Source of the DNA: Klebsormidium nitens
Lineage: Eukaryota > Plantae > Klebsormidiophyceae
NCBI GenBank assembly: GCA_000708835.1
Contig: DF237454.1
Coordinates: 1 to 64,000, forward strand
Reading direction: 5' to 3'
DNA: 64,000 nt
A model generated the notes under the pieces. The model made no database searches and had not been told where the DNA came from. It saw only the letters and a program-made list of their open reading frames with translations. A program made the translations under genes and the position numbers. How positions within the stretch are numbered: position 1 is the stretch's first letter; every line of letters begins with the position of its first letter. Below, one piece after another: positions 12,801 through 25,200 of this stretch.

Positions 12801-13890
12801 GCGCCCTGTTGTACTCCTTCTTAACCTCCCAGCACTTGACCTGCCCCAGCATCGCTTCCAGGTCCCTCTCATTTCCCCCCAACACCTCCTCAAAGAACGC
12901 CAAGGCCTTATCTGCCCCGCTGCTCCTCCCCCCATAGCTCCCCCTTCTGCCGCCCCCTTTGTCTGCTGATGACAACTCGATCCACGCCTTGAGACACCTG
13001 GCTTCCGAATTCTGAGGTTGAGATCTGAGAACCTGGTCCAGACAGCTGTTTGCTTTTTTGAGATTCTCTGCGGGGCCGAGGTGAAAATGAAAGAGTGCCG
13101 CCTGCAGAAAAGCGGGCTCCCCGGCGCTGCGCTCCGCCACGCCTAGTTGTTGTTTCAAAGCGGAGACGGCCTCTTCGTCGATTAGACTGCTGTGGGAGTG
13201 CGCATGAAGTGATGCGGCGATGGCAGCTAGCTCCACATCTCTCTGGCCCTGGACAGCAGACACCCAACAGTTGTCAGGACAATTTGTAACAGGCATCTTT
13301 TGAGTTTTATCAAAGGGATTGGGTCAATTGTAGTCCTCACCTCAACATTTGGCCTTACATTTGAAAGATTATGTGCCACTCTTAGCATTCTTCTTTGATA
13401 TCATTGCATTCGCCTGCAGGCTTTCTCCCAGATGACTGACAATATAAGCACGAAACCAAGTACTTTGGTCTCATACTAGGATAAGCTCAATCAGCTGTCA
13501 ACTGCCAAAAGGATTCAGTAAGAAGTGCCGGGCCAGACGTTTAGCCATGCCAAGGAGGTAAAAACCCGTATTGACTGCTTCAAGGCTTTAGCACCATCCC
13601 TTGACCTTTTAAGGCAGTGGTGCAGCTAGTGCACCTTATTCGAGCAGCTTCCTAGGGGCTATATATTTGATAAGCAAGACTATGAGTTGTATGACCACCC
13701 TACTTACCTGCAGGGGCTCGAGCTCACGCAATGCCTCTGAGAAGCTGCCCTCCTGCAGGGTGCCAAACGCTCTCCAGAAGAGGAGCACAGAATCGCCGGA
13801 TCGCTTCCGCAAGGCCTCTGTACATGCTCCCTGAATGTGCCTCCAGTAACCCTCTCGTGCAAGGTAATTGACCAGCGCTTGCGATTCCAT
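875..13890 (-). CDS. TTC21B: Tetratricopeptide repeat protein 21B / intraflagellar transport protein IFT139 (IFT-A complex), about 20 exons
   Basis: Phase-compatible exon chain in transcription order: 13890-13708 (MESQALVNYLAREGYWRH), 13248-12784, 11988-11788, 11273-10977, 10701-10369, 9929-9765, [start in N gap]-8801, 8442-8218, 7766-7573, 7186-7090, 6633-6361, 5977-5822, 5356-5198, 4632-4453, 3989-3828, 3266-3096, 2789-2673, 2066-1860, 1516-1295, 952-875 (VIKASPNYPKIRKEVLEKARSQLRL*). TPR-type helices run throughout. The N-terminus (INYY/RH-like), the 'WLMLADVYIHGGK', 'YNQSCGKAWEYLG' and 'YPKIRKEVLEKAR' segments match TTC21B/IFT139 as I know the family. About 3.96 kb of coding sequence is visible, consistent with a protein of about 1300 aa. 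Confidence 0.93.
2160..2380 (-). repeat. Two intronic direct-repeat copies (2160-2221, 2347-2380) of the 5' end and acceptor of the TTC21B exon at 2066-1860
   Basis: atgaacccggtcgccatcgccagtagccccggcgccgactccatgtccaccttcacaacctg at 2160 matches 2008-2068 with few mismatches. agccccggcgccgactccatgtcc recurs at 2347. Several ctgctgacgt motifs are interspersed. Confidence 0.9.
4315..4370 (-). repeat. Intronic copy of the 3' end and donor of the TTC21B exon 4632-4453
   Basis: gcgcgcacctgtatgagctggtgcagcgcgc...ttgcagggcgcctttt occurs at both 4317-4370 and 4443-4496 (offset 126 bp). Confidence 0.88.
5757..5804. repeat. 17-bp tandem repeat x3 (cacaagcggaacggct) in a TTC21B intron
   Basis: Units start at 5757 and 5774, with a degenerate third unit at 5791. 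Confidence 0.85.
8877..9074. other. Assembly gap (198 N) covering the 5' part of TTC21B exon 7
   Basis: Run of N. The coding frame RNSPHYAAVLAKVHLAGGQPEEAVK resumes immediately at 8876 on the minus strand. Confidence 0.99.
9135..9380 (-). repeat. Two degenerate copies of the TTC21B exon-7 start (IYLAAGQLEQAVAHEF.. and IYAGCRGPEQAVAHD..)
   Basis: cgtgcgcgaccgcctg occurs at 9141 and 9339 (offset 198). The copy at 9184 is preceded on the minus strand by a strong acceptor (ccctttgcag), but its frame runs into a stop. Confidence 0.75.
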
Positions 13891-16488
13891 CCTGCCAGCA
13901 TCTCTTGGGCTAGAACCGAGCCTCTTCAAACGCTGCAAAGCAGCTTCAAGGACGTCGCAATCCCTGAAGCTGATGACACAAGATGGTGCTTCCCCATTCA
14001 GTACTTCTCTAAATACTAGCTAGCAAAGTAGTCTTTCAAGCTGGATTCTCGCTCAATTTCGCCACACAATTTCCGCCTTCCCAACTTGCCAAGCTTCGGA
14101 GTTCGACTCTGAGCCTGAGGAATTGCCAAACCCTAATCCGGCAGTTCCGACAAGCGCGGAACGTTCGACCGGCGCAGGAATTCCGCCCAAACTCAGAACC
14201 AGCTAACCTCGACCCGCCGCGCACTGCGGCCGCGCAGCTTCCGCTCCGAACGGTCAGTGCGTACCGCGGACTGCGCATGTCAGCATGTTCAACGACTCTG
14301 GATGATCCAATGATCGGCGTGTCGGAACATTCTTCAAGAGCTATACTGGCCATGTCCGTCTGCTGGGCTTAGGTATTTGTGGACAATTCTTCAAGCCTGC
14401 CGGAGCAGCGTGAGAGCAGCGTCTCCAACCTGGCACAGGAAGCTGCTTGAACAGCTTGCCTTTGTCCAAATGTGGTCCAAATCTGCCTGGCCCGCGTCCT
14501 TGCGTGCTAAATTTGGTCTATTCTGTGGGGCACGTCCGCATTTAACATGTCCTCAGAAATGCACGCGCGCAAGGACGAGGCAGGTCATTCATGATCCACC
14601 GCCCCCGGCCCTTCAACTCGCAATGATGAGGCGCAGCGGGCGCGCAGCAACTTTGCCGGGCATTTAGGGACGAGCGGTACGAAATGGACGAGGTTGCAAA
14701 CGCAGTGTACGATGATGGCCTCTCAGCGGGGTATGCCGCCTTCCCGTAAAAGTCCAGGAATGCCCGCTACAGGCCGTTCCTCGCACCTGGAAGGATGCCC
14801 CGGAATTGCAGGAATACCTAGATCGCCGGGAACGCTTCGAAAAGGCGTACATCTGAAGAGGGTCCAGAACTCGCCTTTCAGGTAATCTCGAGGCAACGCG
14901 TTCTTGGACCTTAAGATATATATACGAACATCTGCCGCAGTACGGGTTCAAGGTGGATCCCTGATCAAGCCTTGAGTCAAAGGGTCACTCGGACGTCAAC
15001 TCGTCAGAGTCTATACCCGTGCCGTAGACGTTAACGAGGCTTGTAATCTTCTGGATCTTCACTCAAATGTAGTAACGAAGGCATTCAACACTGCAAAACC
15101 AAGTAGTACACACTCCTGCCTTTGCTTGGAGTGCCGTGAATGTCCTGCACTTTCGGTCCGATTCAAAGATCTGCATATTCCAGGTCTTGCATGGAGATTC
15201 AGGATGCCATGATGTTGGAAGTTTGCACTTGACCCCGCTCGAAGAAGCGTAGAACCTTTGCCGAATACTAGCTGCGTCCAATCTATCCTGCCTGTTCAAT
15301 TTTCGGCAGCTATGAATACGGGGCAAAGGATTTTGAACGGCCCGGAACATGCTGCATATGTGCCAATACGTCGCAATTGCTTGAGTGCCTTTTGAGTCTG
15401 CGGAAGGGCATGCAACATTCCTTCCGAGATCGCCATCTTACTATACTTGCTGCACTTCTTACTGGGGATATGTTCACGCACTGCAGCCCCAGGCTAGCTG
15501 ATTTCATAGGACAACATATGAACAGGTCGTCATCCGGCCCAATCCTTGCGCTATCTACAACGAGCTGGCGCGCACAAAAAGCATGTGCTGCCATGTGCCT
15601 AATCTCAATGATTCATGCACGCACGCGCCATGCTTAATTATGTGGTTGCGTGAGCTGATCGACGCTAGCTCTGCACAATCGTCCCATGGCTTGAAGCCGG
15701 GATCACGCATGACAAACAAGTGATAAAGCAGTTATGTAAGAAAACTTGCCCACTCGATGTACCAACAAAGACTTACGGTATTTTGCCGGTATCAGATTGG
15801 AGCTCTTTTCCCTTATCGCGGGACTGGCATCATATGATTGCACGAAGCATCACTGGATACGACGGCCGACCCACAGCACACATGTGTCGCCTCAGCCGGC
15901 TGCCCATGAGTTCGCATCCAGGAAGCGATTTAAAACAAGTACTAATTGCGGTTTGGCATAACGAGGAGGTTTACAGTATACATGTAAGTTTGGATTTTAT
16001 AGGCTATGCTTGTTCAAAATTTACCCGCTCAATAAGAAATCAATGGGAGGAGTAAAGTTGTTTTCCTTCTGATCCGGGCTTCCACTCAGTGTACTTTGAA
16101 TCCCTATTACGCGCGGCTTCATGAACCAATCGGTAACTCATTTCGCGGGGCATTGAGTACAAGCCTTGCAACACTGCAGTTAGGTGCTCACAATGGTTGT
16201 CACGATGGACAACCAGATTCGAGTACTCACGAAGAACCAGAAATTTCATAGTAAGTTCATACTAACCTTCCTCACACATTAATGCAATACTAGAAAAGTG
16301 GCCAATCCATTCACGATAACCAATCGTTACACTGCCTTCTTGAAACTGTCAAGAATCGTCTCGCTAACTTGTCATTCCAATGAACTCAACTCAAGGAGCC
16401 TAAAAGACAAGCCCCTACGTCAAAACCGATTATGAATCGCCCTACTGTACAAGAGGGAAAATCGACTTTACAAAGAAAGATTGCTGCC

Positions 16489-19400
16489 CTAGTCGACCAA
16501 CTGCTGCACAGTGTCTGAGAATGGGAAGGGGAACGGCAACAACACGAGCAGGCCAAACACGAGCGCCGCTATTCCGAGGGCTTTCCTAGCGTTGTCTGGC
16601 TCGCTTATCTCGTCCGAGTGGGGCGGAACGGGCCCTCGTTGGAGGAACGCGGTCAACACGACGAAGTACAAAGAAAGGTCGTTGAAAATTCCCGCAATGC
16701 CGAGGAGAAGGTACGAGACGAGACTGAACGTGCCCCAAAGCTGCAGAATGTGAAAAGCGGACAGGGTTCAAACCTCGTCTTTTACCGCGCTGAGCACGTC
16801 AGCATTACGATAACCGAGGAGGTTATAGAGCTCCGCAAAGATGAAGACGGGTACTCAAATGCTACGGACGTGCTGCTGAGCGACTTCAACAAATGTGGCG
16901 ATAATGCTTGTACTTTGTTGTGTTAAGCGCGTCAGGAGCGCTACCTCGAAACCTGGCTCCTCGGTGAAGGTGCTGAGACGAACCGCGCTTGATGCGAAAA
17001 CTGCATCGCCTATCTGGAGATTCGACTCAGGGAGCAAGCAATTGAAGGAAGCAGACAATCTAAGCAGGAGCGCTTTGTCACAGGACTTGCTGTACGGAAA
17101 AGGCAAAAGGACAAAAAGAAAGGAATAGGGAATACAGTGACGGCAAAAACTAAATAAGGACGAAGAACGGGCCCACCTTCCGTCCAAAGAGGCCGAGCGC
17201 CAGCCGGCCGCCGTCGAGCTCCCCGACGGGAATAAGTTGCAGGGCGTTGACCGTGAGCGCCGACCACGCCGCGAGCGCGACCGGGTTCATCGCAATTGGC
17301 TTGCCCTCCTGGAGCGCATCTCCGAGGAGCAGCTTGGCTGCAAAATTTAGAGGAGAAGACATATGTTACTGATCCGCGAAATATCCGTAGTTCCCCAGAA
17401 TCGGACCTGATCGAATCACAAGCTCACGGACCACCCAGGTCAGGAACGAACTGCAAATCAGCATGATTGGCTTGCCCTCCTGGAGCGCATCTCCGAGGAG
17501 CAGCTTGGCTGCGAGAAGAAGCGTAAATATGGGTGACTACAAGCTTGCATAAGACTTGAGGCGTACGGGAACCTTCACCCGGAGCGGACCGGACGAGCTA
17601 CGAGATGATGAAGTTCTTAGGTCAGGAGCGAAGATGGGGCAAAGCCGCGCATGTTAGAGCTTCAAGTTCTCGGTGCTCTACGGTACCGTTCAGGAAGAGA
17701 GGAAAGATGCTTTCTTCAGATCCAGGGAAGCTAGCTCTAGAAAGAAGCAGATGTGAAAGGCCGCGAAGAAATTTACGAATTTGAGTAAGCGATGAACTTC
17801 AGACTTCAGAGGTCAGTCGCTTGGAGCCAGTCAGTGCACGATAAACGAGAAATACCCCGCAAAGGAATCAGATAGCAGATCGCGAAAACAAACGTCCTCA
17901 CCTAGACCCCCGGCCAAGAACGAGTCGTGGAACACCGACGCATCCACCACGGTCGCTACCCCTCCGGGAGGTGGCAGTGTAAACCCGGCTAACAATAACC
18001 CTAACCCAACCACCGCCCCGAGCGCTGGTCCCGCTGCCGCAATCTCGATCAGAACCGACCGTTTTGGGAGGATGCTTTTGATCTGGGTGATCGCACCGAA
18101 AGTGCCCAGCTGGAGGCCCGGGATGAAGAACGGCACCCCCAGCTTGACACCGTGCCGTCTTGCGGCGATCTGGTGCCCGAGTTCGTGGGCTGCGAGGACG
18201 CCGAGAAGGGCCACGGAACTTGGCCAGGTGTCAAAGATGGCCTTGAGGATGGGGGTGGCCATTTGGTCGAGCGGGAGGCTGCAAGGAAGGATGGGATACA
18301 CTACGGATCTTTGGAAAACACTTGATTCACGATGTGTTGACGAGAAGCAGCAAACTGGGAAGGATAAGGGAGATAGTGTAAAGTCGGAAGGACAAGAGAG
18401 AATGCGAAACTGGAAGGACAAGGGAAAATACAAAGTCGATAGGCAGGTGCTTGAACGAGACGTTCGTTCTTCAGCAGTTGACAAGATTAAGCATCTAAGT
18501 AGCATGGCTGCACTTCAGAGGGGAGGTGTGGTAGGGCGAAAAAAGCTCTCAGAAGCGATATTTGTTTGACGTGGCTGTCGAAAGTGGCCCAAGAACCGGG
18601 CTTTCCTGCCTACACAGCGGTTCTCTATGTACTCACCCTTCTTCGAAGATGACCCCGTTGCGGATGAAGATAGTCGCTATGGTCGACGTGGCGAAGATAG
18701 CGGCGGATAGAAGTTCGGGCACGGCTGCAGAAAAACACAGAGCCCATGAAAGCCCGGCAGGCGGCTCGGAAAGCATTCCGGCGCTCGGTTGTGACGTCTG
18801 CCGTGTGTAAAATTTGATGGTTGGATACGGCCAACTTACGAGGAAACTCCTAGCTTGTCAGCGACTTCGCGTGCATGTGAATACCAGCGGATGGGGAATA
18901 AAACGGCGGAGTCCATGAGCCTTGCTGGCTCTCGAATAAATACTGGCGATGGGTGCCCCCCTCCCGATACCAGCAGATTGTCAATGAGGGGAAGTTTGGT
19001 CGCTCAAGAAGAAACTCAGGATGGAATATGGTCCGTCGGATAAACATCTTCCTGATACGCAGATAAACAAGGGTATCTTAAGGCGGCTCCCTGGACGTGA
19101 ATCAATGCTGAATGTCCATGTTATGGATGCCCGCACGAGTAGGAAAGAGCGAGTAGCGGAGCGCGAAGCCTTACGAGCTTGGCGAGGCGTGATGGCCGCC
19201 TTCGGGATGACGACAGCAGACGGGTTGTCGTCCTCCGGGTTTCTAAGCAGGAAAAACTCGTACTCGTCTCCGTACTTGTCAGTCAACCGCTTCCCGATCT
19301 TGGCATGAGCTTTTGCGGCGTCCCCGCCACGCAGGTTGCCCTTGAAGAGCACGCCTCCCTGCGGATATATTTTGAGAGACTCAAGCAGGGGGACGGTGGC

Positions 19401-21567
19401 ATGGAATCGTGATTGATATTTCAGGGAATCTTGTTTTGCAATACCAGACTGTTGCTGGTATTGCCAGCACATAAGGGGGCAGAACGGGTGCAAGGTAAGG
19501 GAACCTCGATAATAAGGTTGTGAGCGAGGAAGAGATACGAACGCCCTTAATCAGAGTCGTATTAAGGCTGACCACTTGCACTTTCTCAGTGACACCAGCA
19601 TCAAAGATTATCGGTTCTGTTGTTGCGCTCGCATGTCGCAACTTGAAACTGACGGATTGTCGAGCAATCTCGATCTTGCTTGATTCGGCAGTGCTGATCG
19701 CAAAAACCAATTCTGTTAGAATGAATGTTGTAGGCTCTTCCATGTGAGAGGTTTACAATCGAGGCAGAGCACAGCGACTTGAAGCATCAAGAGAGCAATG
19801 AATGCCCGTTGAAGCGAAACCTGACATCCTCGAACTTGAGAGCGGATCAAGCAGCTTCTAAAGTCTCCTCACTTCGTCATGTCAGATGAATGTAATCTAT
19901 TGCTCTGACACCTCTCAAAGAGACTTGACACCAGAACCTCACCTGAGGAAACGGTTCCTGGCCGGTCACGAAGAAGGTGTCAAACCCAAAGACCTGCGTC
20001 TTCAGGACTTCTATGACGGCCTTTGGCAACGGCAGCGGGATGAAATCGGGGACTTTGGGGGGCTGGTCCTCTGGCGGCTTTGCAGAGCCGTCCTCTGAAC
20101 TTGTTTGCTCTTCCTCTTTCTGGACAGAAAAAATCTTTGTCGTCAGGACTTGGACACAAATGGAGCATGTGCATTGACCTGAAACCGAGGGGGCTGTCAG
20201 TTGTCAGGCTCATAGAAAGGTCAGCCAGCTCGTTGTTCTACAGCACTTCGTGCAGGCTGATCAGATTCATGCGAAGGTGGATACAGATTACTTCGAACAT
20301 GTTAAAGGTGGCGCAACAGAGAGCGCCAATCATTTTTCGCAAGCTACTTGACTTTCCCACTATTCAAAGACGTCAGGCTTATAGGGGGTGATTTGAATCC
20401 CCTTCGCAAGCTGCTTGACTCTTCGGCAATGGATAGACGCCAGGCTTTTAGAGGGGCAATCAGCAGAACTCATCGATACCCCGACCAAACTTCTCACAAA
20501 AGCTAAGCAGCCATTTGGACCGAGTGGACCAGACACCAGAGCTCAGGCAGACAGCATTTAGTGTTTGCAGTGCCTTCTCAAAGGAACTCATACTTGTACT
20601 CCTGATTTCGAAGGGGCGTCTTTTGAGTCGCACCTTCCTCTCCTCCACCTTTGTTTCAACGGAGCCGCCTTCCTTGCCCTTCCCTTCCTCCTCTGCTCTG
20701 CAGACCCCCGCCCCATGCCGTTTGTTACTCCCTAGAGTTGGTCGGTGGGGTAGGTACGGAATCCTGCAATTCAACCAATAACAATCAAGTGTTGATCTAT
20801 ACCAGATCTGCTTGAGATATGTCAGGTCCTGATTGAAACAAACAATCTTTGTCATATTTTTGCTGCCAACTGGTTGCTTTCTGCTGATGCTCAAAAAGAG
20901 GGGCATTGGACTCGTCACACTTTCTTCACACGAGCAGTGTCCAAGCACACTTTACTACGACCCAAGCTCCGATCAGCTTTTCTCAGTGGGTGCTAAGCAT
21001 CTAAAACCAATGAGCATTCACACGTGAATGTCAGCATTGCAGCTACTGAAGGTGAGGAAGTCACATACAGGATTACTGAGCGATTGGCGAGTAAGGCCAT
21101 TGATCGGAAGTTAGAGACATGGTCTGGTGATCCTACTTGAGATGGTGGCACTTAAACGCCTTCTCTAAGTCACCAAGTGCAAATGTCGGCTTGTGCTTTG
21201 AGACTCCGCTACGTAAGCAGGTTAAGGATATCAACATGCCCACAGTAACTTTTCAACTGCATACATACACCATGCCTCGGAAGCTGTGACTCCAATACCC
21301 AGACTCTTTAGATTGCTCTGAAAAGTTCATACTTTCTGCACGTTCCAGAAAGGCTCACCCCTTCTTTGAAGCAAGAGAACTCTTGTGCCCCGCTGCAAGC
21401 GGCAATGCAAAACACCGCTGGCCGCTTTGCTCATTAGACACTCTGCATGCAGGACGCAGCACGCAAAATTGAGTCTGTCGACCTGTAGTCAAAGAATGCT
21501 GACTGCGGGACAGCTTTTGGAGGGGGCAAATTTGGAGCTGGAGTGCGCACACGTTGGAGGCCGCCAT
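16489..21567 (-). CDS. EGY2: Chloroplast site-2 (M50) zinc metalloprotease, EGY2-like; 8 exons, about 525 aa
   Basis: Exons 21567-21359 (Ser/Arg/Ala-rich transit-peptide-like MAASNVCALQ...), 20763-20634, 20119-19943, 19358-19175, 18724-18637, 18278-17902, 17337-17177, 16740-16489; all junctions are phase-compatible. Motifs: VFGFDTFFVTGQEPFPQGGVLFKGNLRG, HELGH (HExxH zinc motif), NALQLIPVGELDGG (NxxPxxxLDG), FLQRGP. Confidence 0.9.
17466..17512 (-). repeat. Perfect 47-bp intronic copy of the 5' end and acceptor of EGY2 exon 7
   Basis: attggcttgccctcctggagcgcatctccgaggagcagcttggctgc is identical at 17295-17341 and 17466-17512 (offset 171). Confidence 0.95.
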
Positions 21568-22249
21568 TGTTCAAGTCGCGTAACCCAGGTTTGTGCAGAG
21601 CGCTGTGGAGCTTTGGTTATGAGTTGACCCGCTATTTGGTGCGAATGACCCTCTGCAGCCAGCGCTCAAGAACAGTGCGTAACGCCGCTGCGTAGACTTG
21701 CGGTTGTGTTACAGGTCGTTGCTGATTGCCACAGACCCGGTTAGCTCCCCGGTTATCCCCTGACGTCCTTTTTGCTGCAGCCTTGCAGGGTTTCAACATT
21801 CAACTTCAAGGTGCATGCAGCCTGCAACCAGTGCAAGAACTTGAAGACGTGCTCCCTCACCTGGTTCCTGAGTTTCTCCAACGCCTTGACTCTGAGCCTC
21901 AGACTCAGAGGCAGAGTCAAGTTGAGGAGATGGCTGGTCAAATGGGCGGAGCCGAATTGAGAGTTTTGCAACGCTGGCGAAGCTGCCTTTCCCAGCACCG
22001 GAGGTTGCAATCCCGCTCTACGGTCAATGGTGCGAATGAATTGAAAGGGTGCAAATGCTGATACCCAATGCAGCTCAGTCAGCTTTGAAGCGCCAAGAGA
22101 GAGGCTGCATCTTTCGAATGTTGCTGCATGTAATGCTCTGAGAAGAAAGCTGGAAGGGACAGCATTTGAACCCTCAGTTGATGGTCTATCTCCGGAGGCT
22201 TTTGTAAGCATACGTGCAAGGTGAACTTGCGACACTGGAAATCAAAGCG

Positions 22250-25200
22250 ATGACCCTTTTCCCGCTGTTTCAGTGGCCACTTAGGAGCACACTAGCAACT
22301 TCGGCTCTCCTTCTCTTCAGCTTAGGTCTTAGCTCAGCGTCCTCAATGGGTGAGCCTCAGGTCAAAAGGTGGTATGTTGAAAAGAATGCATTTGGGGCAG
22401 GGCAGCCTCCAAAGCAGTTACGATTGACTGCACCTGAGATGCCCCACCAGTATCCTGTGCTCATATTTCAGGTGAGATGGCATCTGTGCTTCTTCAGCAT
22501 TGAAAAAAGTTTGCCTCCAACTTAAAACAAGCCCCCTTCACTTGCACAAACACCGGTGTTGCATCCTCCTGTAGAAGCTGTGCTTAGAGTGAACTTCTTC
22601 TTGAGAAGACGTTCTTGTTTCCCATCGACCCCTGACCCTGGCTCAATCTGGTCAAAGCATGGACGACTTTTGAAAGAGGGCCCTCGACGGTTTTGTTGTG
22701 TGAGCAACCCCACTATGGTTTGTCACATCAAACACGTGAGCCAGCACAAAGCTTGCAAGCTTACTACGCACAGCCCGTCACTGATGCATCCTCTTCAATC
22801 GATTCAACAGTTTCTCCATACCATTGTAGCTGTCAGTGTGCCCAAAGGTGGTTGCGACTGAGCTTTTAGAACTTCAGACATGAATATAAGTCAATTTCCG
22901 GGGGAAAGGGCACTGTGGTGGCTTCCTGATTCTCTGATCGTCCTGACTATCACATACATGTAATTTGTCTCGGCAAAAGTGGTGTATGTAATTTGTCTCG
23001 GCAAAAGTGGTGACACTGTCTATAAATGCTGTTTTGAAACCATATCCGGTAATATCGCCTTGGTCCTCTTGTGCCCGCTCAAAACAGATTGCTGCAAGTA
23101 GGTCATTGTCCATATCATGTCATGTTGTGAACATCTTGGATGGGTTTCAGAAAGATCTCCCCTCTGTTGAAAGTGCAGCGCTTTATGGCATGAGTCAACT
23201 CCAATAGTCTGCTATCTTGATCTTTAAAATCTGCTATATATCCAGTCCTGTCAAAAGAAGGGTCTCCCCCAACAATTGGACCGACCAGGAATCCTTATAG
23301 CAAAAGCTTGTCCAAGAATTTTGCAAAGACATTTCAGATTGTAACTGTGATCTTCTACTCATGCAGCATGGTACCAGTATGTACACGGCTTGGTACTCCA
23401 CCATCCTCGACCACGTCGCGTCCAGAGGCTACGTTGTCATTGCACCTCAGGTAAACCTTTTTCCCTGCAGAGGAGACCAGGCCCGGTTTAAGAAGAATCA
23501 GATGGCTAGTCTCCCTTCTCGATTGGACAAATTCTGGTCGAAATTTCGAGCTACTGCCCATGGCTGAGTCCTGTGAACCTCTCCCCCTTTGTGCTTTTCT
23601 TGCGAAGTTATGTGGCTACTTCAAGACAAACTGTTATGTTTTTGGACTTGGCAAAATGACCAAGTGCTGGTAGAGGAGGTTACTGAGGACCTCTCTTTAT
23701 TTTCAATCTCAACGAGTGTCTCAACTTTTCCCTGCCAGTGTCGTTGCCAAGCACCGGTCACAAGATTGCGACTCCTTTTGTTGCAGAACGATCGCAGGGC
23801 CGTAGTATCCGCAATCCACAGAACCACGCCCCTTGAAGCCGATGTCACGAACTTAACTCAGATGATCAGATGAATTTCTGCCAAGTTTCAGCTCTGCTTG
23901 AAACTCTCCCCAAATCATCTTTCCGTGCCAGATGTACACGATCTGCCCGCCAAAGTCCACGGACGCGAACGAAGAAATCTTGGAGGCGGCCGCCGTCATC
24001 CACTGGATCTCGTCCAATCAGGACAAGCTGGGCCTGCCCCTGGGGGTCACTCTCGACTTCGACAAACTCGCGCTTGCAGGTACAGAACCGTCGGGCTTCA
24101 TCTCGAAACTACTTTGAGCGTCTTTTGCTCGATTGATTCGGAGCGATGGGTATCCACTCTGGACGCTTGTGTTTCGAAAAGAGTTTCTTGAGGTCGTGCC
24201 GACTTGGTGCAAAGCGGCAGTGTCGAAATCCCAATCGACTTGGGCTTGTCGAATCCTGCGAGCCAGGTGTCTCTGCTCCTGGTTTCTAGGTCACGCTTCC
24301 TTACCTTTGGAGAACTTATTTCCGCCGCTGCTGTGGGCTTTCTGACTCCAATATCCAGTTTCGGCGTTTTCTGGTGTTGACAAGAGTCAAAGAACGACAA
24401 CGCTCACGCTTTCCTTACTAAGTGTTCGTGGTATTTCGACGAAGCGCCCAGTGAAGTGACGTCTGCTCCGATGGCGACCCTGCAGGGCACAGCCGGGGCG
24501 CTAAGGTCGCCGTAGCGCTGGCCAGGAAGCTCCTGAACACTGACGTCACGATGCGCGCGCTGGCGGCGCTGGACCCAGTCGACGGGCCCAAGAACGGGAA
24601 CCCGATTGCGAAAGACACGGTGAGGAGTGGGACAGAAAGGCCGCAGACTCTTGCTTTTCAAGTCTTCAGCCTCTCAAACTTATCACCTTTCCAGCTTTAC
24701 AGGCTTCAGCAGCGAACGGAGGCCTCTATAAGTCTTCCGTCCCCTGCAAGCGCGCCCTAGCCAGCTTACGGACTTGCAGTGGAAGGATTCGGCTCCAAAG
24801 CTCTTGGCAAGCCTGCAATAGCACCGGCGCTTATCTAGGGTACAGTTCCTTCTTTTCTTCCAAACTTACTCCTATGCCAAGCCCCCCATTCTGTGCAGCG
24901 CCCGAGCAAAGCAGCGGCCTTCAAATGCTCCACAAATCAGCATTTCAAGCAAAGCACTCTCCAAAAGGAAGTAATGTGCCAGTTCATCCCAAAGCCCCAG
25001 TCAGTAAACCGTCAGCCAAGCCCCCTATTTGTGCCCAAGCAAACAGGCCACATCCGAATGTTTCAGCGACCACTCCGTCGCTTAGGCGTCCCCCGCCTTC
25101 CTCAATGACTCTCGGCTTGGGGGATCTCCCCGACTCTGCCAGAAGCGTCCCCTCCCCCCCGATGTAACCCTCGATCAAGCCCCCCATCTGTGCAGCGCCC

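Noticed and set aside
22874-23113. Antisense 79-aa ORF inside chlorophyllase intron 1
   Set aside because: No recognisable motif, and part of its length comes from the 28-bp tandem duplication.
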